From assembly GCA_010405405.1 (NCBI GenBank), contig MU004232.1, positions 1,383,481 through 1,447,480 of the forward strand: a stretch of DNA of 64,000 nt, in the 5' to 3' direction. A program made the position numbers and the translations under genes. Below the pieces are notes generated by a model. It had not been told where the DNA came from. It searched no databases and was given only the letters and a program-made list of their open reading frames with translations. Positions 53,110 through 64,000 of the stretch are shown here, in pieces. Source of the DNA: Microthyrium microscopicum (taxonomy: Eukaryota). Numbering within the stretch: position 1 is the first letter of the stretch; every line of letters starts with the position of its first letter.

Positions 53110-54708
53110 CTATTCAATCTTATAATTCTTGAACTCCCTGGTCTTCAAGTTCCTTGAGAACATGAGATCAAGCTCTTCATATGTCCTTCCCTTCGTCTCC
53201 GGTACCCTGAGAAAGCTCCATATCAAACTCAGCGCTGACAGGCCTCCGAAAAAGAAGCCGATTTTTCCTCTCATGTTGGCCTCATCCGGATTGATCATAT
53301 AAGGTATGGCAACTGAAGTCGCAATAGCCGCTAGAGCCTGAATCGCAGTCGCAACAGCGATAGTTTTGGCTCTGACTGTGGTTGCGCTGATCTCGGAGAT
53401 GTACACGTAGCAGACTGGACCAATACTGAAATCGAAGCAAAAGTTCCAAGCCATAAGAAGACCTGCTTGCGACCAAGCCAAACTCGGCCGGTTGACATAG
53501 TTAGGTAGACAGTCAATGATGCCAACGAGTATCATAATGACGGCCATCATCGCGAGCCCAATGTTGTATATCCTTCGTCGACCGAAGTTGTTGAGTAGAA
53601 CCCAGGAGAAGCATGTACCAATAAAACCGACAGCAAGAAATGCCACGGACATATCAAATGCTTTCTCTGTCGAAAGACCAACTATTTCATAAAAGAGAGT
53701 GGTGTAGCCAAGCATGTATATTCCACTCAAGTTTTGGATAGTGTAGACGCCCACTGCAATCTCGGTTCGTCGTATATTCACTTTCCGGAAACAATCCCAG
53801 TATGTCGAACCAGATTCGAGCTCGTGTTCAAAACGATCTGTTTCGATAATCATCGCCAAGGTAGGTTTGACATCTGTTCCGGGAGCCGCAAGACTTTCCA
53901 GCGAACGCTCCGCCTCGTCAAAGCGGCCTTTTCGCACGAGCCACCAGGGACTTTCAGGGGCGAAAGGGAGGCCAATCAATATGACTAAGACCCACACCCA
54001 TTGGGCCGCAAAAGGCGCGCTATATGCCCAATGTGTATCGAGTTTGGATGCTCCGGCACTGACTCCGTTTGCGATGAGTTGTCCAGTGACAAAAGATAGA
54101 TTGACATAAGATGTTAGAACTCCTCGAAGCGCAACAGGACAGACTTCCGACGCGTAGGCAGGAGCAATGACAGGGAAGGCTCCAAGTACAAGTCCGCCGA
54201 GCAACTCTCCAGCCAGTAAGGTAGAGAGGGACCGCGCAAAGAATTGTATGAAGATGAACGCTCCAGTCAAAGCTACACATCCTGCGAAAGTGCGCTTTCT
54301 TCCGTACCAGTCAAGCATGTATGCTGAAAAGAACGCGCCGACCACTGAATGAGGAGCTTAGCCATGGAAATCGTTATTATGATAAGATGAAGACTAACCC
54401 TGACCGACGGGATTGCCCATACCCAGGCCCGTTTGCCATGGAGCAGATATGATCCAGTTCCCTTCGTACATGTATCCGAAATCTCGTTGGAAAGCGGGAG
54501 TGGCATATAAATTTCCCAAGAGCTGCGGGTCGAAAGCAGTCATAATCGTGCCCAAACTGAAGAACATGGACCACCCAACCGCTGTAGGATGCTTCCTGAT
54601 GCTCTCCCAAAGCGTTTCCTGATGCTCCGCTTCAGTGGCTAGCCGAGCTTCTGCACCGGTGCCAATGATGGCCTTTGCAGCCTTGTTGTCGGAATCGTCG
54701 TGCCCCAT
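53110..54708 (-). CDS. MFS sugar porter, maltose/alpha-glucoside permease type
   Basis: PAFQRDFG, ISAPWQ, YASEVCPVALRG, PESPWWLVRKG, RRTEI, PETKGRTYEELD; intron 54346-54398. Confidence 0.95.
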
Positions 54709-55815
54709 GATTGTATCGTCGAGAAGAGACAATTGAGAGCTGCTTCGATCAATAGTATCTTGAGCCAGGACGTGCTGCGGTAGCTCGCAGTTGCATTCCA
54801 CCGCGTCTGCGGGGCCCATCATCTTTTAAATCCTCACAATCATATCTGTGTGAACCCACACACATCTGCTGACAGGGACAATCGCGATTTGTACGAGGAA
54901 GCGGGGGAGAGGCCTGAAAGACAAGGTAGCAGTGAAGATAAGCTGTCGAATTGTAGATATTCTGGAAGGTTGTTATAGAGATGCGGCCAATCAAGATCTA
55001 CTTTGATATCGAGTCGTTTCCCGCTTCAGAATGATTTGCAGCTGGGGTTACTCTTGGAGAATGTTACATTGCTCCTCAAGCCATGGACCCAGTTTGTGCA
55101 AGGCCAAAACCTTGGTGAGTCAGTACTTACCAACAATCTTGTCCTCATTGACTCGCGAGATGGAAATCTTGATATCGGTACTAGCACATTTTACCTTACA
55201 ATTCAAGCGATAGTAGAGCTTGATTTTGTGGATAGAGAGATAAGGATGGACGATGGTAGCATCAGATACTCCTTTCAACAAACTTGAGAGACTTTCAGAC
55301 GCTCCAGGCTCTAGAGACGGTCGATTGCGCAGAGATTTGAAATGCTTTTCTTTCATGTTCAAAGTTTTGGAGAGATCGTTGGCAGGTTGGGAATCCCAAG
55401 ATGAAGTTGAGTTAGACTTGACCCAATTCGGCCATCAAAAACGTGGCAAGGTAGTTAAGGCCTGTGCACGCTAAGTACCAATTTTGCTCACTTCCAACCA
55501 ACGACTCCAAATTTTACATCTTCCGCCTTGTTTTCAACTTCGGCTTGTGGTCATCCTTCATAATTTTACTTAATCTCTCTGGCTCAACATGATAGGTAGG
55601 TTTGCACCGTATTTTTGCGTTCACTGAATGATTAAAACCTTTGTTACAATCTGTCAATCCCCTGAAAAGACAATGTTGACTCATAACTATCAAAAAATAG
55701 CATGACATCTCCTCTTCCCCTCATTAGGATAAACTAATTTGTCAGACCATCTGCTAATAGATTGCCAGGTCAAATTAAGTGGAATCTTATGTATCTGGTC
55801 GAAAACGGATAGATC

Positions 55816-56718
55816 ATGGCGGACATCACGGTCACCGAGCCGTTTCCAATTTTCTTCATCAAAGACAGATATTTACTCTTTGATGCCAACACAGTTGCCC
55901 ATATCCGACGCGAACATAGAATTGCGGGTATCCTCACTGGAAATATACCCTGGGCAGCACAACAAAATGTGTTCAACAGTCTACCACTACGCTTGTTGCC
56001 AGAAGAGGCACGCATATTAGTGGACGGGGGCCACGCCATCGTCATCGACGATGTTGCTCAACATCATGATCCTTTACACGCGCTGAGCTCAGCGGAGCGA
56101 GAACGTTATCGGGAATCATTGAGGCTGCGTGGTCTTGCAGCAGGTAAAACCTTACAAATAGCTACGGAAGAAAGGAAATCCAAGCATTTTGCAAAGAGCA
56201 AAAATATTCTGCAAAAGAAGATTATTGGCTCTGAGGAAGGACCACAGACTGAGGCACGTTTACCGGAGGAGGAAGATACGCTGTTTGGAGAGACTCCTTC
56301 AGAAGGGATTAAGTTCTCGGGATCGGTAACTCCAGACGAATCACATGCTCTGTTGGTCACGCCCAACTCTTCCTATCCGCCGTCTGATACACCGACAATA
56401 ATCCCGGATGTTCCAAGCTCTTACCCTCTCTATGCTCACCTCCACTCCAAGGGGTACTTCCTCTCACCCGGTCTACGATTCGGCTGTCAATACACGGTGT
56501 ATCCAGGGGATCTACTCCGGTTCCATAGCCACTTCCTAGCTGTGAGCAAAGAGTGGGATGAGCCCATTGACCTCATCGACATTGTTGGAGGAGGTCGCCT
56601 GGGAACGGGCGTGAAGAAAGGATATCTCCTCGGAGGCGTAGAGAAGTCGGAAGATCCAGATATCTCAAGTGATAGTAGCACAGTTCGTACATTCAGCTTT
56701 GAATGGGCGGCAATGTAA
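55816..56718 (+). CDS. SEN34: tRNA-splicing endonuclease catalytic subunit
   Basis: RREHRIAGILTG..QQNVF..LPLRLLPEEA; GYFLSPGLRFGCQYTVYPGDLLRFHSHF; GRLGTGVKK. Confidence 0.96.
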   Translation: MADITVTEPFPIFFIKDRYLLFDANTVAHIRREHRIAGILTGNIPWAAQQNVFNSLPLRLLPEEARILVDGGHAIVIDDVAQHHDPLHALSSAERERYRESLRLRGLAAGKTLQIATEERKSKHFAKSKNILQKKIIGSEEGPQTEARLPEEEDTLFGETPSEGIKFSGSVTPDESHALLVTPNSSYPPSDTPTIIPDVPSSYPLYAHLHSKGYFLSPGLRFGCQYTVYPGDLLRFHSHFLAVSKEWDEPIDLIDIVGGGRLGTGVKKGYLLGGVEKSEDPDISSDSSTVRTFSFEWAAM

Positions 56719-56779
56719 GGAGTGTAAAACAACTCGCAAATCCGATTTTTGGGTATATTGGTAAAACCGTGAAATGTGC

Positions 56780-57415
56780 CTACGCCCCAGTCTCTCGTTC
56801 CAGAAACGTTGGGTCCATCTCAACCTTGCGTTCAAATTTTCTCCACCAATCCTCGAATGCCTTCAGTGGTATCACATCGCTCCCAAAGCTTGCAAGGAAG
56901 TTGAATGCGTTTGATATGATTCTCTGTGCCAGCACTTTGGTAGTCACGACAGGGATTTGCGACTGATTGACCCTCACGAGTGCCGTGGCATTATCTGCTG
57001 TAGCTGCAGCCTTTGCCTGAGCCAGCATCTGTTCCACTTGCGCAGCTGGCTCTGCCGAGATGCCTATATTTATCACTCCATCTGTACTGCCAGCCGCCAC
57101 CTGATCTGCGTCCATCATCGCATCCTCATCAACTGCTCCTACATTTGCGCCTGACGTTGCGCCAACGTTCCGTGTTCGGAAGATGGCGCTTGGTTTGGTT
57201 GCGGTCAAGGCGCCCAGCAGCCTGAATTCTGCGCCAGATGACGTCTGTATGTATACGGCAGCGGCCTGGTCTGGCGGTAGGGAGGCACCGGGAAGGAGAA
57301 ACACGACGAGGTGGTTGAAGGGCGGCGAGGAAGGGATGCTAAACGCGACTTGAGTGGGTGAGACGGTCGTTGACTCCGTAATCACAGGTCGCCCAGATAC
57401 GACCAGTCCAAACAT
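56780..57415 (-). CDS. OPI10: Hikeshi/Opi10-family Hsp70 nuclear import factor
   Basis: MFGLVVSGRP, HLVVFLLPG, KPSAIF, AFNFLASF, FEDWWRKFERKVEMDPTFL. Confidence 0.94.
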   Translation of the reverse strand: MFGLVVSGRPVITESTTVSPTQVAFSIPSSPPFNHLVVFLLPGASLPPDQAAAVYIQTSSGAEFRLLGALTATKPSAIFRTRNVGATSGANVGAVDEDAMMDADQVAAGSTDGVINIGISAEPAAQVEQMLAQAKAAATADNATALVRVNQSQIPVVTTKVLAQRIISNAFNFLASFGSDVIPLKAFEDWWRKFERKVEMDPTFLERETGA

Positions 57416-58059
57416 GATAGCTTTAGGCTTTCGTTACTCCAAACCGAGAAACAATTGCAGACAAGGGAGGACAAAGTTGACCGGGATATGGATGGTGGAC
57501 ATCGATTAGGTTCAACTTCCAAAGCTCAACACCAAATCTGGTGCACGGACCTTCAATATCTGATGGATATCGCTGCTTCTCTCCAACTTCACACGTCTAA
57601 CCGTATGACATTTACATCCCAAAGTCTTCTTACGAACTGCTGTCCGCTTGAATGGATCTATCAGCCATAATCTCTGTTCTTTCTTTAGCACAGTTGTCTA
57701 ATATCTCCAACGGATCAGGCTCCAAGGGATTACTATTTGGGCGAACTCTCCTTGATTGCGCGTCTCAGCTCGTAGCCATGGGTTCATTTAACAACGGATT
57801 TCGATCATATATGCCAGCAGCACGAGGTGAGAGTTTCAGTATGATCAGGAAACCTCAACGGCTATTCAGGCCATTTTGCCATGACAGTGATAGTCTCCAG
57901 TTTCTTAGTACTAAAGCACTGATATATAGCGGCCCTCCCAAGTATCTTTACAGAATAGAATCATACAATCGCCATCAATTTAGTGCTTTGCTTCAATTCC
58001 TTGTATCTGCTTCCAAGCTTCTTTCTTCTTTACCCATCCTTGCTATCTAGCGATTCCTC

Positions 58060-61000
58060 ATGGCTTCATCAATTCGACAAACCCTACTGCTTTTAGCAGC
58101 CTATGTTGCTACCGTTCGCGCAGCTGGCTCTGGTATAAAATCTAAGGTTCTATCTGATACAAACGATTTGCCTTTGGCAGAACTTGCCTCCCCGAATCGA
58201 TTTGCGAGGAATGTCGCCCTTGATCGTCGACATGAAGCAACTGTTCCAGAGTCGACCGTATATGCATTGACAACTGAATTGCCTGTGACAGTGACCACTA
58301 TCAACAGCCTCGGATTTTCAAGAGTTTACGTCACCAGTACTCAAATCATCACAACCATCACCAGCGCACTTGCGGTCCCAATCGCTACCGATGGCGCGTT
58401 CCATGCAGTGCATCAAAATGCGCGACGAGAAGCAGTGGAGGGTCACCATCCTGGAAGTTCGGAACCTTATATGGGCGGCAATGGATTCCCCGATGCTCCA
58501 GGTTATGGTGAACCAGGCAATTGGCCTAATTCTGGGCCTTGGTATGGCCCACCAGGCCATCCTCCAGCTTACGGACCACCTTCGCCCGAGGACTGCGATA
58601 CTTCCATGATCGCGAGTTCTGCGCAATCTTTGTCTACATTGTTTCCAACTTTGTCATCATCGCTGAATGTCGAATCCACGTCAAGCGCGGAATCAACGAC
58701 TTCAATCATCAAGCCAATCTCGAGTACTGTCTCAATTGTGAGTATCAAAAGCAGTTCATCCGAGCCACCAACCGAACTGCCTACTACAACCGCAAGTTCG
58801 ACAACATTATCTGTTTCGGCATCCTTTTCGGAGACACAAAGCTCTTCTACATCATCTACTACAACATCATCAAACCCAGAGACCATTATAAGCTCGTCCT
58901 CATCTGATAGCTCATCTTCAACTACTACAAGTGCCTCGTCAACAAACTCTGTTCCCAGTTCAATTAGTACTACGGATCTCTCATCATCGTCAACAAGCTC
59001 AGAGCTCAGTACTTCGATAAGATCATCCCAAGCTAGTACAATCCCTACTACAACCTTGTCAAACTCATCCTCCGTTGTGTTCTCCACAAGCTCCTCCAGT
59101 TCTACAATTTCAGTGTCTGAACTACCACCCACTACCCTTTCACCGACGATTTCAACTACTAGCAGCAGCAGCGGGTCTAGCTCCTCGACAGTATCTTCTC
59201 AGAATAGCTCTTCTACGCTGGAGTCATCGTCTACAGCAAACGCAATTGGTAATACTTCTTCAACCTCCATCACCCCTTCCCTTTCCCCGTCGCCCAGCCC
59301 ATCACCATCCTCAACTACATCTTTTTCCATATTACCATCGATCTCATCAGCAGATGAATCATCCACAAACTCTTCCGTTGCATCTTCTGCGACGTCTTTC
59401 CAATCGTCATCTACACTCTTCCCAATCCCTACCTCCTCTGCTTCCCCCTCTACATCTTTTTTTACATCATCGTCGACATCATCAACAGAGGAATCATCGA
59501 CGCTTTCTTCCTTTGTATCTTCTGCGTCGGCTTTTCAGTCATCATCTACACTCTTCCCAATCCCTACCTCTTCTGCTTCCTCATCCACATCATCTTCTAT
59601 GTCATCGTCGATCTCATCAACAGAAGAATCATCGACGCTTTCTTCCGTTGCATCTTCGGCGTCGTCTCTTCAATCTTCATCCACACTCTTCCCAATCCCT
59701 ACCTCCTCTGGTTCCTCATCTACATCTTCCATATCATCGTCGATCTCATCAACAGAGGAATCATCCACACTCTCTTCCGTTGTATCTTCTGCGTCGTCTC
59801 TTCAATCGTCATCCACACTCTTCCCAATTCCTACCTCCACTGCTTCACTATTGGACCCATCTAACACTACTTCATCTATCCCATTCTCAACCTTCTCTGC
59901 CGACCCTTCACAGTCTTCATCCCTCTTGTTATCATCAGCCAGCTCCTCTACCATTACCTTTGCATCGTCTTCCACACTTTTCCCAATTTTGTCATCAAGC
60001 TCTACCTTTTCAGGGTTTGCAATCACTTCGACTCCCTCAACGGCTGGCTCTTTCGATTCCTCCTCGACGAAATTCCCAATACCTTCCCCTAGTCTTTCTT
60101 TCAATTCGTCTTCCACCTTGTTCCCTATTCCCTCTTCCTCTACAGACACATCTACACTTTCCACAACTTCAACTACCAATTCGATATTCCAGTCTTCTGA
60201 GACTACTTTCCCCATTTCAACAGCGAATTCCAGCGCTTCTCTCAATTCATCCTTGACTCAATCTCCCTTTGTCTCATCTAGCACCATATTTGACGTGTCT
60301 TCAAGCCGCCTTCCCAATTCTTCTTCGGTTTCCAGTAGCAGCCTTTCCTTCGAATCCTCCAGCACAGTCTTCCCTATAATCACATCTACTTCATTCCACA
60401 GCACTTCATTCCAATCTTCTTCCACAGAGTTTTCTAACCTGCCAATAGCATCTAGTTCGTCATCTGTCGGGCCAGTTTCAACAACAGCTTCATCGTTCCC
60501 GGAAACCTCGCAATCCTCCTCTGTCACAACATCCAGCTCAACGTCAAGCGAGCAAACCTTTGGCTCATCATCTACATTGTTTGATACGACTACCTCTACA
60601 GCCTCGGCAGTATCATCATCTTCGTTGTCTTCCACAATCTCGACTACTTTTGTCACGGAGACATCTAGTACCATTTCTTTTGTTTCCTCGGACACTATAT
60701 TTCCAAATCCAACAACGACGCTTTATTCATCTCTAGAATCGATTACAATTCCTACTTCAACAACTGAATCATTCGACTCTTCCTCGACCATGTTTCAGCC
60801 CAATTCAACTTCTTCCTTCAACTCATCTTCGACTACTTTCCCTACGACATTAGTGCTGTCGTTCAACTCATCGTCAACGATTTTCGAAACAAGTTCGCCA
60901 GCTTCAGTACAAGTCTTGACCGTAGAAGTCATTCCTGCAGGAACTGCTTACCGAAGCATTCCACCAGACGACACCGTCTCAGCTGCGACCCCTGTGTACA

Positions 61001-61092
61001 CTGGGCCTGCTTCTAACAATTCAGCCCGTACTATGAGCCTCAATAAAGGGCTCGCAGGATTATTTTTGGTGGCCTTCATGCTGATTCTTTGA
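58060..61092 (+). CDS. Secreted Ser/Thr-rich mucin-like protein, probably GPI-anchored in the cell wall
   Basis: 1010-aa ORF with signal-peptide-like N-terminus, very S/T-rich body and a hydrophobic C-terminus (GLAGLFLVAFMLIL) preceded by small residues. Confidence 0.88.
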   Translation: MASSIRQTLLLLAAYVATVRAAGSGIKSKVLSDTNDLPLAELASPNRFARNVALDRRHEATVPESTVYALTTELPVTVTTINSLGFSRVYVTSTQIITTITSALAVPIATDGAFHAVHQNARREAVEGHHPGSSEPYMGGNGFPDAPGYGEPGNWPNSGPWYGPPGHPPAYGPPSPEDCDTSMIASSAQSLSTLFPTLSSSLNVESTSSAESTTSIIKPISSTVSIVSIKSSSSEPPTELPTTTASSTTLSVSASFSETQSSSTSSTTTSSNPETIISSSSSDSSSSTTTSASSTNSVPSSISTTDLSSSSTSSELSTSIRSSQASTIPTTTLSNSSSVVFSTSSSSSTISVSELPPTTLSPTISTTSSSSGSSSSTVSSQNSSSTLESSSTANAIGNTSSTSITPSLSPSPSPSPSSTTSFSILPSISSADESSTNSSVASSATSFQSSSTLFPIPTSSASPSTSFFTSSSTSSTEESSTLSSFVSSASAFQSSSTLFPIPTSSASSSTSSSMSSSISSTEESSTLSSVASSASSLQSSSTLFPIPTSSGSSSTSSISSSISSTEESSTLSSVVSSASSLQSSSTLFPIPTSTASLLDPSNTTSSIPFSTFSADPSQSSSLLLSSASSSTITFASSSTLFPILSSSSTFSGFAITSTPSTAGSFDSSSTKFPIPSPSLSFNSSSTLFPIPSSSTDTSTLSTTSTTNSIFQSSETTFPISTANSSASLNSSLTQSPFVSSSTIFDVSSSRLPNSSSVSSSSLSFESSSTVFPIITSTSFHSTSFQSSSTEFSNLPIASSSSSVGPVSTTASSFPETSQSSSVTTSSSTSSEQTFGSSSTLFDTTTSTASAVSSSSLSSTISTTFVTETSSTISFVSSDTIFPNPTTTLYSSLESITIPTSTTESFDSSSTMFQPNSTSSFNSSSTTFPTTLVLSFNSSSTIFETSSPASVQVLTVEVIPAGTAYRSIPPDDTVSAATPVYTGPASNNSARTMSLNKGLAGLFLVAFMLIL
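59338..59840 (+). repeat. Four ~117-nt coding tandem repeats (ISSTEESSTLSSVASSASSLQSSSTLFPIPTS)
   Basis: ACACTCTTCCCAATCCCTACCTCC-like unit recurs at ~59413, 59548, 59683 and 59815 (period about 132-135 nt including spacers). Confidence 0.85.
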
Positions 61093-62088
61093 GTCAATAT
61101 TCAATTCGCAATATCGATACTATCACACATTGAATACGATCGTGAGTTTTGATAACAATATTTTGTATTGCCACGGTACACACATGTAATAGTAATCCTA
61201 AATGTCCAGGCTAAAGCTGAACTGTTAAATCGAGGACAGCAATGCACACAATATCACTTAAATCTGATTTTTAAATATGCTCAGACTTACTCCCATCACT
61301 GCTGTCTACCCGTCTCGCCGCCGTCTCCTACTCCATGCTGACTGACTTCCTAGATCACTCGCCAAGAAAACTCTTTCCAATCAAATATATAAAGAGGTAG
61401 GCAATTTATCAGCATCATTTCTAATGTTCCCGCAGAAATGTGCAATGCGTTAGACTTAGTGGACTGAATGAGACTTGCCATGCTTATTGTCCAGGGACAG
61501 ATTCACGCATTCTCTCACTCATCTCCCTTCAGTTGGATTGTACAAGAGACAGTTAGGTCGTAACAAGACCGAATTTCCTGCCCCTGTACAGCGATATAGG
61601 GTTGGCCAGATTCAGACATCATAAGCTACTAAGACCCAATCAGATAGCATTTCTTTAGGGCCAGGTCTCGCTCTCTGTGCAGATGTACTATAGAGCAATG
61701 ACGCCCATGGACCTATTTGCACATCTTTATAGGTTAAGCCTTTATTCCGATCGAATCTACCATGGTAGCGTGGCACACTCGACGGCGAACATAGGTAAAT
61801 ACGTTGTTTGTAGCGATTTATAACATGTATTTGCACTCAATTTCTTTGAGTATTGCACTAGCTTCAGGTACCAGGAACTATGGACTGGCTTGACTGGCAT
61901 TAGAGATGGGCGATTCTCAGTTGATTTAGTATATAGGTCAGGTAAGTTGATAAAATCGATCCAGGAGCTAGAGTCAACGTTGTAATTTTGTTGCTCCTTC
62001 AGGAAAGCTTCTTCAGTCTTTCTTAGTCCAACAAATATCCTGCGATTTCAGTCCCATCTATCTAAAAAGACCTCCGAATCCGATCAAT

Positions 62089-63307
62089 ATGTTGCTCAAA
62101 AACATCATTGTACTCAGCTCTGCAAGCTACGCGCTCGCAGCACCTCAGTCTGGAAGCGGTGGAGCCATGGCCAGTTTGGCTAAGGCAATGGGGCTTGATC
62201 CTTCTAAGGGTATTACCTCAATGGTTTGCCAATCATTCGCCGAAGGATCACTGAATGGTAAAGTCATGTAAGTTGATACTCAAGCATTCCTTGTAGATGC
62301 CTTGAATATTTTCTCTTCATATTACCTGAATGGGAATATCAGACCTCAGAACATCTTTACTGGCGCATTGAAGGCTTGGGAGAATCTAAGCTGACTAGTT
62401 CTAGTGGAGCCGCTTTTGGCTCGCCAAATGGCAATGGCCCGGATGAGAAGTGTATGGTAGATGAGAGCGGCGGTTCAGGACCATATAAAGCGAACTACAC
62501 CGAAGATTCTACCCTTCCCAACCATACGATCTATGCACCGCTTAAGCCTCCCGCAGGCAAGAAAATGCCAGTCATTGTATGGGGAAATGGTTTCTGCATG
62601 GTACCAAATTTGAGCCCTCTTGACACTAGCAGTAACTGACTGAGCTTTCCAGGCTGCCGGAACCATGTTCACCAACTTCCTGAATGAGATCGCCAGTCAT
62701 GGTTTCTTCATCGTCGCCAATGGTCCATCAAGTGGCAACCAACTTGGAGGCCAGACCACTTACAACGATCTCATCAAATCTATTGACTGGTTGGAGAAGA
62801 CTGGTGCTGCTAAGTACAACCTGGATATGAGCAAGATGGCCGTTTCTGGTCAATCTTGTGGTGGCTTAGAAGCATATCAAGCATCTGTCAAGGACTCTCG
62901 CATCAAGCTTACTGCTCTTTTCAATAGTGGCAACCTCGGCATTGGTAATGTCGATGTAACCAAATTGAAGAGTCCGGTTGCGTACTTCTTGGGCGGAGCT
63001 AAGGATATCGCTCAGAAGAATGTAAGTGACGATTGTCTTTTTGTTAGGGAAGAACAGTGCTGATAAAGGACAGGGCGATTCAGACTATCTCAAGCTCCAG
63101 GTTCCAGCTCTCAAGACGACTATAGATATTGGACACATCGGAACTTATTATCAAAAATATGGGGGAAAGATGGGAAAAGCTGCTGTTTCATTCTTCAAGT
63201 GGCAGCAAATGGGCGACACTCAGGAGAAGGCCAAATGGTGCGGGACTGGTGCTACTGAATTCTCCAAGCTTGGCTTCACAACAGTTAGCAAGAACGGAAT
63301 GTGTTAA
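62089..63307 (+). CDS. Secreted alpha/beta hydrolase (esterase/cutinase/chlorophyllase-like)
   Basis: Signal peptide; PVIVWGNG, EIASHG, nucleophile elbow GQSCGG, candidate Asp (GGAKDIA) and His (GHIGTY). Introns 62268-62404, 62601-62652, 63022-63073. Confidence 0.9.
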
Positions 63308-64000
63308 AATTCTTTGCGCTTCAGTTAGCCGATTTAGCAGTCGTCAGTTTATGTTTACTTTTCTTAATATGTTTTCTGCGAATAGTCATGCATATCTCCA
63401 GTTGAAGAGCGTGTCACGGTATAATTGGAGTTCATAAAGACCACTCGCTAATCTAATACTACTACATCCAGAGAGATCTTCAAAACCTAAGGATGTGTTT
63501 ATCCCTGCTCGTTTAAGACTCTGCCTCCTCTCGGCTTGGAGAGATATCCAAGTGTTTGAGATGTGAAAGCTGACTGGAATCTCGCAGCAGACAATTACCA
63601 TAACGCATATCCAATGCTTCAAGGCGAAAAAGCCCCTTTCAATAATGATGGTCTCCTATACTCACCAGAATATCTAAGGCTGTAAGCATCGAATTTACGC
63701 TAAAAGACTGATCTGGGCCTTTCAAATGGGACTGTATGCCAAGTTTGTGGCTCTTCCTGCCTTCCGTAGACTTCCGGTCCCTGTTGTGTACTTTAAGTTT
63801 GCCTATCGCAGCCCACATAAAGCAGTGTCTGACATACTATTGAGCCGGATTTTTAAGCTGAGACAACTGACAAGCATAATTGGCTATTGAGTCATCTCCA
63901 TTGCCAGGGTACCTTTTACTATTTGAGCTCTCTGTTCCTGAAATGATCTTACAGGTCTGTGATGGTTATGCCGGTGCTTCCCGCCCAACCATGTTTGGTT

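Noticed and set aside
45699..54708. P450, 2OG oxygenase and MFS transporter as a secondary-metabolite cluster
   Set aside because: No PKS, NRPS, terpene synthase or cluster regulator in the window, and the transporter is a sugar porter.
58569..60695. Long antisense and alternate-frame ORFs over the mucin gene
   Set aside because: Shadow ORFs caused by Ser/Thr codon bias.
1..64000. tRNA, rRNA, CRISPR arrays, intact transposons
   Set aside because: No cloverleaf, rRNA-like tract, repeat-spacer array, transposase or reverse transcriptase seen by eye; tRNAscan-SE and Rfam scans would be needed to exclude small RNAs.

Overview
Eukaryotic DNA from a filamentous ascomycete (GT-AG introns of about 45-60 nt with CTAAC/CTGAC branch sites; Pezizomycotina-type genes). 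The first ~7.7 kb has no CDS I can support. The rest holds about 17 genes. Housekeeping: UTR4-like enolase-phosphatase, SSL1/TFIIH p44, Chs7-family chaperone, PI31, GATA iron repressor SreA, TVP15, SEN34, OPI10/Hikeshi. Accessory: an uncharacterised membrane protein with a decayed tandem paralogue, a RIP-type relic, a head-to-head pair of a degenerate NACHT/STAND-like protein and a large AAA+ ATPase, a P450, an F-box-like protein, a 2OG-Fe(II) oxygenase, an alpha-glucoside permease, a Ser/Thr-rich GPI-type wall protein and a secreted alpha/beta hydrolase. The most unusual items are (1) a single-chain protein with two serine-palmitoyltransferase-like domains that lacks the PLP-binding Lys and Asp and carries a repeat-rich N-terminus, (2) the divergent STAND-like/AAA+ pair, and (3) a long hairpin filling a TVP15 intron. 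All family calls are by motif recognition and exon models were built by eye; no database was searched.
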